A stretch of DNA of 64,000 nt from the human T2T-CHM13v2.0 reference genome, Homo sapiens: the NCBI RefSeq assembly GCF_009914755.1, contig NC_060935.1; one strand, written 5' to 3'. The notes beneath the pieces were generated by a model that was not told the DNA's origin, did not search any database, and was given only the letters and a program-made list of their open reading frames with translations. Below, in pieces: positions 46,541-63,699 of this stretch (the stretch's first letter is position 1; every line of letters starts with the position of its first letter). A program made the position numbers and the translations under genes.

Positions 46541-47007
46541 GGATTATTGATCTGGTTCTTCACTGAAACCTGACAAGATTTAGTCTCAGTTGTTGATGGT
46601 TTAGAAATCAATCAAACATTCCCTTTGTTTTCCCTCAATTTACGCAGTCACTATAACTTGACCCTGCTCCCACCTCTAACAAAGGACTTCGTGTTCTGTT
46701 GTCATTGCCCAGAGGTGCAAACAGGAGCTGGCATGGAGAGGAGGAGGGCCTCATCCTGGACATGGGCCTCAGAGGGTGGCCTACCCCCACCCCATGATGC
46801 ATGGGACGCTTCCTACAGTAGCCAAAACTGGTCCTGCCCACATGTAGACTCCCACGGATGACCTTTCTCAGAGGGTCCTTCTTTCAAAGTGTCTGTCAGG
46901 ATGGCCAATCTCCTAGATGCTGGAGAAAACAAATGAGTAGAGTCTTCACTTGTTAGCTTGTTCGTTGTTCCCTCACTAACCAGAACCACCTGGTTGCAGC
47001 TTGGTGA

Positions 47008-48012
<1,005 letters not shown>

Positions 48013-48440
48013 CAGCACCAACTCTTTCTAGAAGTTATTTGAAGCCTGAGCTTTGTGCTTCCTAGAATGAACCCAGGGGCTTGAAGACACCAATACAATC
48101 AAAATAGTACAATTCTGCTGCCCAACTGTTCTAACCCTATTTTAAGAGAATACCAAAACCTTTGCAGAGCAAGGTAGAATCCATTCTTAAATAAACCAAA
48201 GAATCTCACCCATCTGAATCTTTTTGAATAATCTAGAATAAAGATGAGGAATTTAAATTAATTAAAAATACTAGCCAATTACAAGAAAGCTATTAACATG
48301 TTTCTATGAAAATGTAGGTTTGGGGGTTATGTGCATTCTTACCATAAGCCACATAGCTAATTTCCTGGCTTCAGGTCTTTTCCTTGCTTAAACTTATATT
48401 CCTGACTTATATTCCTGACCCTATTTAAATAAGAAATGAA

Positions 48441-48738
<298 letters not shown>

Positions 48739-48989
48739 GAAATGAATTAACATGGATGAACATGCTATACAAATCTGAGAAGTTCTCTTTTTAAAAATTA
48801 TTACTATTTCACATAAGAACACATGGATCACCTAAACAGGATCTATCTAAAATACCATTAACTAGCTATGGGTTTACTTGTTTTTATAATTAATACCTTT
48901 TAAGTACATTTATTTGGAGAACTTTTTTCCAGCTTTCAAAAGCATCTTTTATTAAACTTCTCAACATCATTCTATTTCTTTACAACATG

Positions 48990-50185
48990 AGGTTGTAAGA
49001 AATATATGAAGAGATTCCATCTACCCTTCACTCAGTTTCCCCCAGTGGTAACAACTTGCATAACTGTGATACAAAATTATAGCCAGGAAATTGCCATTGA
49101 TACAATTTACCCACTTACTCAGATTTCATCAGTTTTACCTGTGTGTGTTTCCATGCAACTTTATCGTGTTGGTAGATTCATGAAATCATCACCACAATCA
49201 ATATGTGGAACAGTTCCATCACCATAAATATGCCACCTCCCTCCCTCAACCCCCCATAAGCCCTGGCAACCACTAATCTGTTCTTCATCTCTATCATTTG
49301 ATCATTTCAAGAATGTTATAAATAGAATCATACAGTTGATAACCTTTTTTTGGATTGGCTTTTTCACTCAGCATAATTCCCTTGAGATCCATCCAAGTTT
49401 TTGTGTGCATCAATAATTCACTCCTTTTTATTGCTGAGTAGTATTCCATGGAGTGAGCTTACCACAGTTTGTTTAGCAGGTTTACCCTAAGCAGTTGCCA
49501 GCTTGAATTTTCCCTTTAGCTTAGTGATTTGGGGGCCCCAAGATATTTTCCTTTCACATAGGTATATGGTGATATCTCACTGTGGTTTACATTTGGTATT
49601 TCCCTAATAACTAAAATGTTGTACATCTTTTCATGGGTTTTTTTTTTTTTTTTTGCTATTTTATAACCTCTGCAGTGAAATGACTGTTCATATCTTTTGC
49701 CCATATTCTGGTTGAATCATTTGTTTAGTTTTGAGAGTTCTTTATACGTATGGGATACTAGTCTTTTGTCAGGTATGTGGCTTGCAAATATTTTTTACCA
49801 GTCTTTAGTTTGTCTTTTTATCCCCTTAATAGAGTCTTTCACAAAACAAAGATTTTAATTTTGATGAGGCCCAATTTATCAATTTTCCTCTTGTGGATCG
49901 TGACACTTTTGGTGTCAAGTCCAAGAACTCATTGCTCAGTCCTAGGCCCTGTAGATTTTCTATGATTTTTTTTCCTAAAGGTTTTTGAGTTTCATATTTT
50001 ACATTTAAGTCTCTGATCCATCTTGAGTTAACTGTATATAAAGTAGAAAGTTTAGATTGAGGTTCATTTTTTTAGCCTATAGATATTTAATTGCTCCTGC
50101 GACATTTGTTGGAAAGGCTATCCTTCCTCCGTTGAATTGTTTTTACACCTTTGTCAAAAATCACTTGGATGTATTTCTGTGGGTG
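48990..50185 (-). mobile_element. L1M (L1MC/MB-like) 3' region
   Basis: Antisense L1 3' motifs ccctggcaaccactaatctg, tggctttttcactcagcataat, ttgcaaatatttt. Confidence 0.75.
49476..49558 (-). mobile_element. MER4-family LTR 5' terminal fragment inside L1
   Basis: Reverse complement TGTGAAAGGAAAATATCTTGGGCCCCCAAATCACTAAGCTAAAGGGAAAATTCAAGCTGGCAACTGCTTAGGG matches the recalled MER4 LTR start. Confidence 0.75.
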
Positions 50186-50559
50186 CGTAGTTATTTTAAA
50201 AAATCATTGAATCTCTCTGCTCTTCAGTTTCTTGTCTGGATAATAACAGTTCATTCAGAAAATTATTTATTAATCTGCTATGAGGCAGACAGTGTGCCAG
50301 GCACACTACAGCTGCCCTTAAATTGTTATCAGTCTTGGAAGTGAGTAAACATCTAATCAAATACATCAAGATGGAACAAGGGTTATGACTGATCTCAGAG
50401 AGCTCTGAGAGCACCAATCTTGGCTGAGGGTAAGGGTTAAAGATCTCCCCAGGAAGACTGTTGCTTAACCCAAGTCTTTAAAGAAGAGTAGGAATCTCCA
50501 GGTAAGCAGGGGCTGCCAGTTGTTCTCCAATATCTGATGGAACCTCCTCTCATAGTAAC

Positions 50560-51325
50560 AGAAAATCTCAATTTTAAACTGGAGCACATGGTTCCCCAGA
50601 ACAAAGACTTACATTTCCTGACTTTACTTCCAGCTAGGTATTTGACTAATTCTGATTAATAGCATGTAGGTGGGAGCGTTGTTGGAAGCTTCTAAGATTA
50701 TTACATTAAAGATTTGTGGAACTGAGGCCAGGCACGGTGGCTCATGCCTGTAATCCTAGCACTTTGGGATGCCAAGGGAGATGGATCGCTTTGAGCTCAA
50801 GAGTTCAAGACCAGCCTGGGCAACATGGCAAAACCCCATTTCTACAAAAGAAAAAAAATACAAAAAGTAGCTGGGCATGGTGTCACGCACCTGTGGTCCC
50901 AGCTACTCGGGAGGCTGCCAAAGGATCACTTGAGCCAGGAAGCGGAGGTCTGCAGTGAGCCGAGATCATGCCACTGCACTCTGGCCTGGGCAACAGAGTG
51001 AGACCCTGTCTCAATAAAAAAAAATTTTTTTTTAAGATATGTGGAACTTACTCTCTGCTCCTTTGTTTCTAGGTTCTTCTTGCTGCTATAAACTGGACGT
51101 GACATTTGCCTTCTTGGACCATAAATACAAGAGCCACATCCTAGGGATGTCAGAGTGGTGAGTTGGACATAGCCTAGATCCCTGAGAACCTCAGCAGATC
51201 TACCAGCTTTGGTCTGTCCTCCTCTAGACTTGAATGTGAAAGTGAAATAAGCCATCTTGTTTAAGCTGCTAGCTTTTATTTAAATCTCTGTTATTTACAG
51301 CCTGACCTAATGTTAACTAACAGAC
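50560..51325. mobile_element. Old MLT1 LTR interrupted by an AluJ/S (50726-51023)
   Basis: MLT1-type ..catttcc..; tcttgtttaagc..ctctgttattt.cagc end; Alu TSD aagatwtgtggaact. Confidence 0.6.
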
Positions 51326-52339
51326 CAGGTGCAAACACATGGACATATACATGACACATCCAGAGAACAATGTTAGCACAGAATGGCTGGAGCACGGATG
51401 TTGTTGGTACCTAACGAGAAATGAGGCAGGAGCCAGAGACAAAGGCAGAAGCCAGGTCGTGAAGGGTGTGGTATAACAGGTCTGCTTGTATTCAGGAACA
51501 CAGATCCTCTTTGAAATCTTTCCTGGAGGAGGATTTAGGAATACCCACACATCCAGATGTGCTCTTCCACAAACGATTGAGAGAGAGTGTGTTGGCCTTG
51601 GCTTTGGTGCTATGCCAGAGCCCTGAGCAGGTTGCTGCCTTCTGCAGCTCAACCCTCCTGGCTTCTTTGCTGCTGCAGCAGCTGACACTGCAGCTGTGGG
51701 TCATGCAGATGTTATGACAAATCATTCAGAGTCCCCCTGGTCCCTAGGTCCCTGCAGCAATAGCCTCACCAAAAATACCTAAAAAACAGTGTCTTCAGGC
51801 TCGCACAAACTCCTCCATTGGGGGAACCCAAGCCCAGATGGGATTTTAGACACAATTCTACACGCTCCATCCCTCTCCTGGGGCCAAAGCACAAAACTCC
51901 TTCCTTCAGCTTCAGAATTCCCAAACACACACACATGCATACACACACACGCATGCACACCCATATATATTCACGCAAATATGCATATATATACACACGT
52001 ATATGAGGCAGCCCTGTGACTATCGCAGAGGCTTGATGTGGTCACATTTGCATCTAAGAAATTCTGTCTGCCTGCCTCTTGAAGAATGGTTGGAAGGAAG
52101 CAGAAAAAGAAACAAATAGAACTGTGGTTGCCCAGGGAAGAAATTCCGAGGGCCTGAACCAAAGCAGAGACTGAGGGGATATATTTGAGTATCCCATCCC
52201 CTCAGAGATATTTGCGTAGCACAAAATAAGTAAAATCAGCAGGATTTGGTAACCGGCTAGATGTAGGGGTAAGGTATAGGGAGGAGGGTAGGATGATTTC
52301 TGAGACTAGATGACTTAAGTTATTAATAATAATAATAGT

Positions 52340-52707
<368 letters not shown>

Positions 52708-52820
52708 CTATTCATTGAGTCAAGTGTATTCTGGCTTTGTTTTCTCTCACTCATCAGCTTCACACACCGTGGGGCAGACTTGCTTATGGTCCTATTATAT
52801 TAGGACAAATTCATTTTCTC

Positions 52821-53119
52821 TTTTTTTTTTTTTTTTTGAGACAGAGTCTCACTCTGTTGCCCAGGCTGGAGTGCAGTGGTGTGATCTCGGTCACTGCAAC
52901 CTCCACCTCCCGGGTTCAGGCCATTCTCCTGCCTCAGTCTCCTGAGTAGCTGGGATTATAGGCATGTGCCACCACATCCAGCTGATTTTTGAATTTTTAG
53001 TAGAGACGGGGTTTCACTGTGTTGGCCGGGCTGGTCTTCAACTCCTGACCTCAGGTGATCCACCCGCCTTGGCCTCCCAAAGTGCTGGGATTATAGGTGT
53101 GAGCCACTGAGCCCGGCCC
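52821..53119 (-). mobile_element. AluSx-like
   Basis: TSD cattttctcttt. Confidence 0.92.
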
Positions 53120-55081
53120 ATTTTCTCTTTTAACTCTCAAACTAATTCTGTGGTATATTGTCTTTATCCATACTTTACAAATAAGAAAACTGAGTACCAT
53201 GCTTACAGCTTCCCAGCTTTAAGAAACTAGCACAGACGTGCTGCAAACCCAGCTTTTCTGGCTCAGCTCAGTTCTTTATTACACAACATATGTTACATCC
53301 CACCAGTTCAGCACTTAAATTATGTTAGAAATGGAACTGAAAGAAAATATACCAAAATGGTTATCTTTGGGTGGTAGGATTAGAAGTTATTTTTATTTTA
53401 TACATACTATTTCTGTTAACCACATTTTCTTTCATGAGTATATATGCTATCTGTAATCTGGAGAAAATAATAAATGTTTTTATTTAAATAACACAAATAA
53501 CCTTAAGAGAAAGAAAGAACAGCCTCAGGAGAGTGAATTTATGCATTTGGCAAGGAAGAGGAGACCCTCTTAAGTATTTAGGCCAGGTTGCCATTAGCAA
53601 TGATAGCCAACCCTAGCAATATTCCAGATAAAAGCCTTGTCAGAGGAGCCCCCTGGGCTGGCGCTGACCAGGGCCCTCCTTTTGCTTAGCCATGACCTTG
53701 AGAGTTTGTCATCGTCTCGCTGGCTGTCAGAGACCACTGCGTTTTATTTATGTTTTGTTTTGTTTTGTTTTGCTTAATTTTACCAGTAATAAATTTAGGC
53801 ACTGAAGCAAAAATTCCAGACAGTACATCCTCTGCCGACACTTCATAACTCTCTAAATAATGACATCATGAATATTTATGTCTTGCTATTATCGCTGCTG
53901 CAAGGAATGATAGTTTTAGCACAACTGACCATATTCATTTTCCATCTCACTGCTCAACCCTGAATATTGTGTCTTTATTTTCTCCCGCTCATCAGCTTCA
54001 CGCACCCTGGGGCCGACTTGCTTATGGTCCTGTTACATGGGAGGAATATCCCTCAAAGAAATGTTCATTTTTCCTGTTCTGGCACAATCAGAGGGTCAGG
54101 GAACCCTGCATTCTCTTTTCCAGGCTTTGGCAAATCTTCATCAAGGGCCTATTACATGCCAGGCATTCTGCTAGGTACCTGGATACAAGATGAATAAGAC
54201 CTACTCCTCGCCTGCAGTTCCAAGAGTTGGGAGACAGACATTTAAACAGTTAATTATGCTGGAGTGAGCTGAGGGCAATGGTTGGTACCAAGTCCTAGAT
54301 ATTATGGGAGAGGCCACGCATGGGGTCAGCATGAATAAAGGCACTAAGGTGAGAAAGAGCACAGAACATTACAAGCAATTCAGTGTTGTCAGAGAGCAGG
54401 GAGCATGGGATAAAAATGGTGTTGTGTTACTTAGGTTTGTGCAGTCTAGATGTGCTAACTCTGACTTTCACAATGACTCAACCAATTAAATGTGCTCAAA
54501 TTCACAGTTTGTTACAAGAGAGTCACATATGATTAATGAAGCAATAATATCCTGTATAACATCCATAGAAGCAGTAATTGGAGGTAACAAACCACAGCGA
54601 TGGGTTGGGAGACCAACACATGGCTAAGTGGGTCCAAAGTCCTTGACTTCAATCAGCAATGAAGTCACTGCTTCTCTTAGACAGAGCCTTGGGAGTGGAT
54701 GGGGAGGGGGCAAACGCCAAGTTGGGGGGAGGCCTCAAAAGGTGGTCAGAGGGTCAAAAGGTGTCCTGTCCAAGGTCAGGTTCTTGCTGCCTTTATGGTC
54801 CTCCAGAGGTGTGTCCATTCTCAGTATCTCAGCCACCTTTCTGAATTTACTTTTTATTGGTTCGTTTCATGTCTCAGTGGTTCTAGGCCACAGCAGGTAT
54901 TGTCTTACTACCTCAGTCCATTACACATATGTTTATCACTTTGAGATGTAAACAACTTCACCATGGGCTCAATGTCACTTGACGTGAGTGACTCCATTTT
55001 CAGACATTAGGATCACAAATCATTATCATATATCATGGCAACTAGATCTTGGATGATGGCTTAGTTAAAGAGCTGGAACTT

Positions 55082-55383
<302 letters not shown>

Positions 55384-56647
55384 GCTGGAACTTGAGGCTG
55401 AATTTAAAGCATCAAAAAGAAAAAGAAACAGCAAGATTGTTGGGAAATTGGTAGTGTAGTCCAGGTGACACATTATAGGGGCCCAAACTGGAATTGTAGA
55501 AGTGAGTATATAGATGAAGAAACAGATTCGGAGAATACTGGGAAGGTTAAATCAGGAGGACACAATTACAGGAGAAAGAAGAGTGTGCATTTGAAAGAGT
55601 TGGGGTAGGTGTATCAGGGTGTGGGACATGGAGAAAAAGGAACCAATCAGTAGACAAATTTGTATATTTTCTTATGGATATTTGATCCATTTAAAATATG
55701 GAATCTTCCCATCTAGGTTCTTGTTTCTTTTCACATATTCAGATCTTCTTCTGGTCTCTCAATAAAGCTTTGTCACTTTCTTCGTATAGGTCTCATTTCT
55801 TGCTAGGTTAATGCCTATGGATTTGGTGGGGGGGCGGGTTTGTAATTTCCCCGTTACTATTATAAATGGACTCTTTTTAATATCTTGTTCTCTCATTGGT
55901 TGCCTAAGTTAGACTTCCTTTGATTGCAAATAACAGAAAACCCAACTCAAATTGCTATAAACAAGTAATAGCTCATATTGAGTGCTTATTATTGCTAGAA
56001 ATGGATCTAGGTACTTTATATGTACTAATCTTTTAACATTTAAATAAAATAAAAAGATTTACTGATTACCATCAATAAATATCAATAAATGAATCATGCA
56101 TCTGGCTTCAGACATAGATGAATCTAGCGGCTCAAAAAATGTCACCAGAATTGAGTTTGTCTCCATCTCTTGGCTCCACAGTGGCAAAGTGACTGAAGCT
56201 GCTCCCATGTTATTTACTTTTAGGTTCAGGTCCTGGCAAGAAGTTTGGTAGGGCAGCCTATTTTAAATAAAGACCTGGAATTGAGTCTCTTAGTAGCCTA
56301 ACCTGAGACATGCACTCATCCCTTGAACAATGACAGTTGCTAGGTGCTTTGACTAAATGTGGTCATGTGTCACTCCACCAAAACTACAGACATGAAGAGA
56401 AGAGGAGGAGTCATTCACCTCTAAATAAATCAGGTACTTTTGGAAGAAGTGGGACAAATGGACACTGGAGAAGGGCGACCAAAAACAACTAATGTCTACT
56501 CCATTGATTACTACTCCATTGGTTATTATTTTTATTTTGGATTAAAATTGCACACACATAGACATTCTTTATCTATCTATCATCTATTTATCTACAAATG
56601 CATTCTTATGTATATGCATATATATGACAACCAACCAGCTTGGATAG

Positions 56648-56979
<332 letters not shown>

Positions 56980-56989
56980 TAATATGGAT

Positions 56990-57720
56990 GTTGTGCTAGA
57001 TTGATTGCACCAGAAGCCTCAAGGTTCACACCTCCCTGAATCTGATTTCTCCACTCTCTCCACTGACTGTGGACTTGTGCCTTGCTTTTCACCAATAGAC
57101 AGTATCAAACTTGACTCAGGCAGAGGCTAGAAAAAGAACCTTTTGCTTTGGCAGGCCAAGGCAAGCAGATCACAAGGTCAAGAGATTGAGACCATCCCGC
57201 CCAATATGGTGAAACCCTGTCTCTACTAAAAATCCAAAAATTAGTTGGGCGTGGTGGCATGTGCCAGTAGTCCCAGATACTCAGGAGGCTGAGGCAGGAG
57301 AATCACTTGAACCTGGGAGGCGGAGGTTGCAGTGAGTCGAGACTGCCTGGGTGACAGAGTGAGATTCCGTCTTAAAAAAAAAAAAAGAAAAAAAAAGAAA
57401 AAGAACCTTTGAGTTTCCTGTTCCTCTATTTGAGTGTGTTCACCACCATGGGAACAAGCTTGGGCTAGCTTGCTGGAGAACCAAAGACCACGTGGAGGCA
57501 AGTCAAGCTGTCTTTGGCAAAGTTACCCTAGACCAAGAAGTCTCCAGCTGATCTGCCAGCTAACTACAGTTGCATGAGCAAGCCCAGCCAAGATTAGCCA
57601 TGCTCAACCCAGATCAGAAGGGCCAATCAGCTGTAGACTCATGAGAAACAATAAAAGCCTGTGGTTTTAAGTCACTACATTTTGTGGTGATTGATAATGC
57701 AGCAATAAGTATCTGAAACA
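56990..57720 (+). mobile_element. MLT1 LTR containing a 5'-truncated AluSc (about 57146-57400)
   Basis: MLT1 3' end aataaa..ggttttaagtcact..gcagcaata; Alu TSD agaaaaagaaccttt. Confidence 0.65.
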
Positions 57721-59479
57721 GACACTCTCCATGTATACCTAATAATATGATCATCAAAGTTAACAAAGCAACTAAGCCTAAGAGACTAATAATGAGCTAA
57801 CTCTGATGGTTGAGAAGATAGCCGGAATGGGAAAGACACATGGCTGTAGCCTAAGCAGGTTGCTAGAGTGGACAGGCAGGCAGCCCGCGGCCATGGAGAG
57901 CAGGATCAAGAAGTGCTGAAAGCAGAAGTAAGCTGCAAAACAAAGACGATTGACAAACTAATCAACCTACAAGTTATCATTCATACATTGACTGAAATAC
58001 TGTTAGGTGGTACAGTGTATCTAGGCAAAGATAAAGGAGCCAAGGACACCAGACAATATTCATGAAATGAGCAGAGCATAACAATCCTTGTGCTATGGTC
58101 GAGTGCACACTGGCAACATACAGGGGCCGAGTGCCACAGAAACTGGAGAAGGGGAACAGCACTGGGGTACAGGAAAACCTTCAGTTTTTCTCTCCTTCAG
58201 AGAGAAACTGACTCACATTTTCCTATTGAATGAGGAGAATATATTCCCTAGAAATTTGGAAGTTCAGTTTTCTGAAGTATCTGAATTATGTTGTAAACTC
58301 TTAAAAAAAATCTGAGAAAAAATTATTTCATTGGCTATGTGCTAGGATGGAAAAAACCGAGTTGAGATCAGATATGAGTTTCATTTCTGCTTGACTTTGG
58401 GCTGGCCACAGAATGTCTTTGGATCTCAGTTTCCTCATCGAGAAAATGAAGACATTAGGTAATCTCTAATGTTTCTCCACTTCTGAAATTCTCCAACTCT
58501 CTGTATGAAAGAAGAAGTCAGCCATAAAACAGAAAATGTAATTTGGGGGATATGTCATCTACCTTAATTTTGGTGCAAGAATCAGCTCTTCATCAAGGAG
58601 CTGTGAGAAGAAGAAAAAGCTGGTAAACTGTCATTTCAAAGCCAAGGATGAGGGAGCTATCCACATTAGACTTTGAATATATGATGAAAAAGAATAATCT
58701 TTCAGCTATCATCTTTTTCCAGAAACCTTTCAAATCTCCCAAGAGTAATGAGGCCTATGTCTACTTTTTTTTTGACAGTGTGAAAAATGATCAAACATCT
58801 CTGTCTCTCTCCTTGGAACACAAAGTCTCAGAGTTCAAATAAATACCTGTTTGATGGCTTAGGGAATGGTACTTCAACATTAACTGTCATTACTCTCAAT
58901 ACATACAGTGGTCTAGGTCGTTACAGAGCTTTCAACATCCATCCCCATTCTATTAGCATCTCAATTTGCTGGCAGGGGAATAATTCTCCTCCTCTATGTA
59001 GTCATGGAGAGAGGATAATTCTTGAAAAACATTTCTCACACTAGAAGATGAAGAGTTAGGATCCTCCTTCCTCTGGTCTTAGCACGCAATACTAAGGTTG
59101 GCCAGTAGGACATTTCCTATCAGGACTTGGAATGTGAGCCAACTGGGGCTAGGATTGGATGTCATTCTTTCTAGGTGTTGCTCACCAGATGATTTTTTCC
59201 CCACAATGCCTGTTGAGATTTACATGGATTCTACATGTTTCTGAAGCCTGGTCCTTCAGGCTCATGTCTATTGTGTGGGCCCCTGGATGTTACCAACAAA
59301 TTCCCTTTAGCTTACGCTATTTTGAATTCATTTCTATTGCTAGTAGTTAAAAATCCTGCCTGATTTAATGATATTTCACCAGAACCAGTCATGTGCCTAA
59401 GTCACAGTGTTATACTGTCTCTTATGTCCCAGATCTTAACATGCCGATTCCTCTGCATTGTGTGCTCTTCCTCTTTTAA

Positions 59480-60260
<781 letters not shown>

Positions 60261-60362
60261 TAAATCACAATTTGGGGGGACGTTTTATGGCGATTCTACA
60301 GTGTAGCAGTTAAAAGCACGGGTTAAAGTCCCAGTTTATCCACTTATGAGCGATGTAACAAG

Positions 60363-60735
60363 TTAGTTGTTTTGGTTCTGTGTCCCCACCCAAATCTCTT
60401 GTTGAATTATGATCATTGCTGAAGGAGGGGCCTGGTGGGAGGTGGTTGGATCATAGGAGTGAATTTCCCCCTTGCTGTTCTTGTGATGGTGAGTGAGTTC
60501 TCACGAGATCTGGTTCTTTAAAAGTGTGTAGCACTTCTGCCTTCGCTCTCTCCTCCTGCTCTGCCAAGTGAAGAAGGTGCTTGCTTCCCCTTTGCCCTTT
60601 GCCATGATTGTAAGTTCTCTGAAGCTTCCCCAGCCATGCCTGCTGTACAGCCCGTGAGTAGATTAAACCTCTTCTCTTTATAAATTACCCAGTCTCAGGT
60701 AGCTCTTTATAGCAGTGTGAGAACAGTCTAACACA
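60363..60735 (+). mobile_element. MSTA (MaLR) solo LTR inserted in a MIR (MIR about 60300-60915)
   Basis: ctgtgtccccacccaaatctc..taaacctcttctctttataaattacccagtctcaggta..ctttatagcagtgtgagaac. Confidence 0.85.
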
Positions 60736-61594
60736 ATACATTTGGCTTCAGTTTCTTCATTTATAAAATGAGGATAATAGAAGCATCCACATCGTAGGGT
60801 TGTTATGAGGACTCAATGAGTTATATCGCCTGAGAGTAACTGCCTGCAAAATTCAATAATATATTGAATGAGTATAATACTTGGCACCTGGAAAGTGCTG
60901 CATCATTATTAGCTATTGCATACGAAGAACTTTACAAACGACTCTCTGTTTTTCACAACAGTTTCATCCCCATTTTATGTATAAGGAAACTGAGGCCCAG
61001 AGAAGTTTAAAACCTGCCTTAGGCCCCATATTTACTAAATAACAATGGCAGAGTCAAATTCATGTCAGTATCTTGCTATCTTCTACTGCCTGACTCATCT
61101 CAAGTTTTATCTCCCCCAGAAAGACTTGAACCCCTAAGTTTTAGAATTTTAGTTGGGGGAGCTCTCTGCTGCTCCCTCAGCTCAGCTCAAGTCCTCTCCC
61201 ACCAAAACAGCATTGCCAAATTGTAATCATGCCTCTGGACTTGAAGCTCCTTCAAGTCAGGGACTGGGCTTTCTTTGCTCAAGCACTGCGCAGCACAGCA
61301 CCTGCTACACAGCAAGTTCTCTGCGGAATAATTGAGGAATGAATGAAGAGGAAGGTATGAAAACAGCATAGAAAGGGGAGGATGGAGGAACCTAGGTAAC
61401 ATTCACCTTCACCTCTGCTTTGCCTGGAGCTAGGCCTGAATCTCCCTGATTCCAACCACACAGAGTAATGCAGAGACTTAAAAGTCAAATCACAAGGCCA
61501 TGGAGCCCAAAAGAGTGTGATTTTTAACCATGTAATTCACCTTGTGGGATTCAGTCCCTGGGATGTAATCTGAGATAGAGGAAAAAGGATTTTA

Positions 61595-61967
<373 letters not shown>

Positions 61968-62091
61968 TCAAAGCTAAATGTATTGCGTGCTTACACTACA
62001 ACGTACAGTATTCAAGGCACTTTAAATGTATTAACTCAACCCTCAAAACAGTGCTGTGAGAAAAATACTACCATTATCCTGCCCCACCTCC

Positions 62092-62376
<285 letters not shown>

Positions 62377-62585
62377 CATTATCCCTTTTTTATGATGAGG
62401 AAATTGAGGCACAGATGTTGCCTGGGTTCATATAGCCAAGAAGAGACAGTAATAAATAATAGGTAATAATATGGAAAAAAATACACTATAATTCATGTGA
62501 GAAAAACATGTTTATTTAGTCCTCAAATAAAAATAAATGTATGTTTATTTAGTCATCAAAATGCTTCTAAACAAACAACAAACAG

Positions 62586-62867
62586 AGAGACAGAGTTTCA
62601 ACTCTGTCACCCAGGCTGGAGTACAGTGGCATGATCTCCGCTCACTGCAACCTCCGTCCCCTGGGTTCAAGAGACTCTTCTGCCTCAGCCACCTGAGTAG
62701 CTAGGATTACAGATGCCTGCCACCATGTCCAGCTAATTTTTGTATTTTTAGTAGAGACGGGGTTTCACCATGTTGGCCAGGCTGGTCTCGAACCCCTGAC
62801 CTCAGGTGATCCAACCACCTCAGCCTTCCAAAGTGCTGGGATTACAGGCGTGAGCCACCATGCCCAA
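62586..62867 (-). mobile_element. AluSx-like
   Basis: Antisense Alu body. Confidence 0.88.
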
Positions 62868-63699
62868 CCTCTCTCTAATCTTAATAGAACCCCCCTGCAG
62901 ATCCATTCCTCCTCTCCCACCGCCAGGGTCCACAGCCCACTCCCAACTGCCCACTCGCTGGCTCATCCGCGTCCTTATAAATTTGTATATGAACTATGTC
63001 TATGGACTCCAAATAGTTCTCCCACTACAACTTTCCCCCATTAATCTGTTCTACTCTTATTTGTGAAATTTAGCTTCCCATAGGCAGCTCGGATCACATT
63101 TTTCTTTTGCTGTAAAACCCTCCTTGATTCCCCACAAATTTTATGTAAGAAAAAATCTCCTTTAGACGGTATTTTATCCTTAAGGCATTTGAAACAACCA
63201 TAGACAAGGCTCTTCTTAGAATGATGGAAACTTAACATACAGAAGAAATTTAGAGGTCATCTAGATTGATTTCTTACCCACATATTTAAACTCACATTTT
63301 TAAAGCTCTATGCACAATGAATTGGTGGGGACAGAGAATAGAGGAGGTGGTCTTGATTTAACTTGGAAGACTAGATAGACTAAACTAACATCATAGATTT
63401 TGTTCAAACCCACATCACCTGGTACTGCTGAATTCACTTCCTCAACGTTACTTTGCTTTTAATCTCTCCTCCCTTCAAACTTTGTATCATGTCACACTAT
63501 CACAGTTATATTTCTAAGACCTAAACTTCTGTCATGCCTTTGAGAGCTTCCCATTCTTGCAAAATAAAGTCCATACTTGGCATTCAGATGGTGAAAACTC
63601 TTTGTTATCTAGTCTCAACGGAAATAGCTGGAGTGCAAACATGTCTCTAGTTCATGACCCCTCCCTGTAACCCCACCCTTTGTAATTTTACTTTGTAGC

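Noticed and set aside
54420-54960. Possible old LTR-derived segment
   Set aside because: Composition is suggestive, but I cannot assign a family or termini without Dfam.
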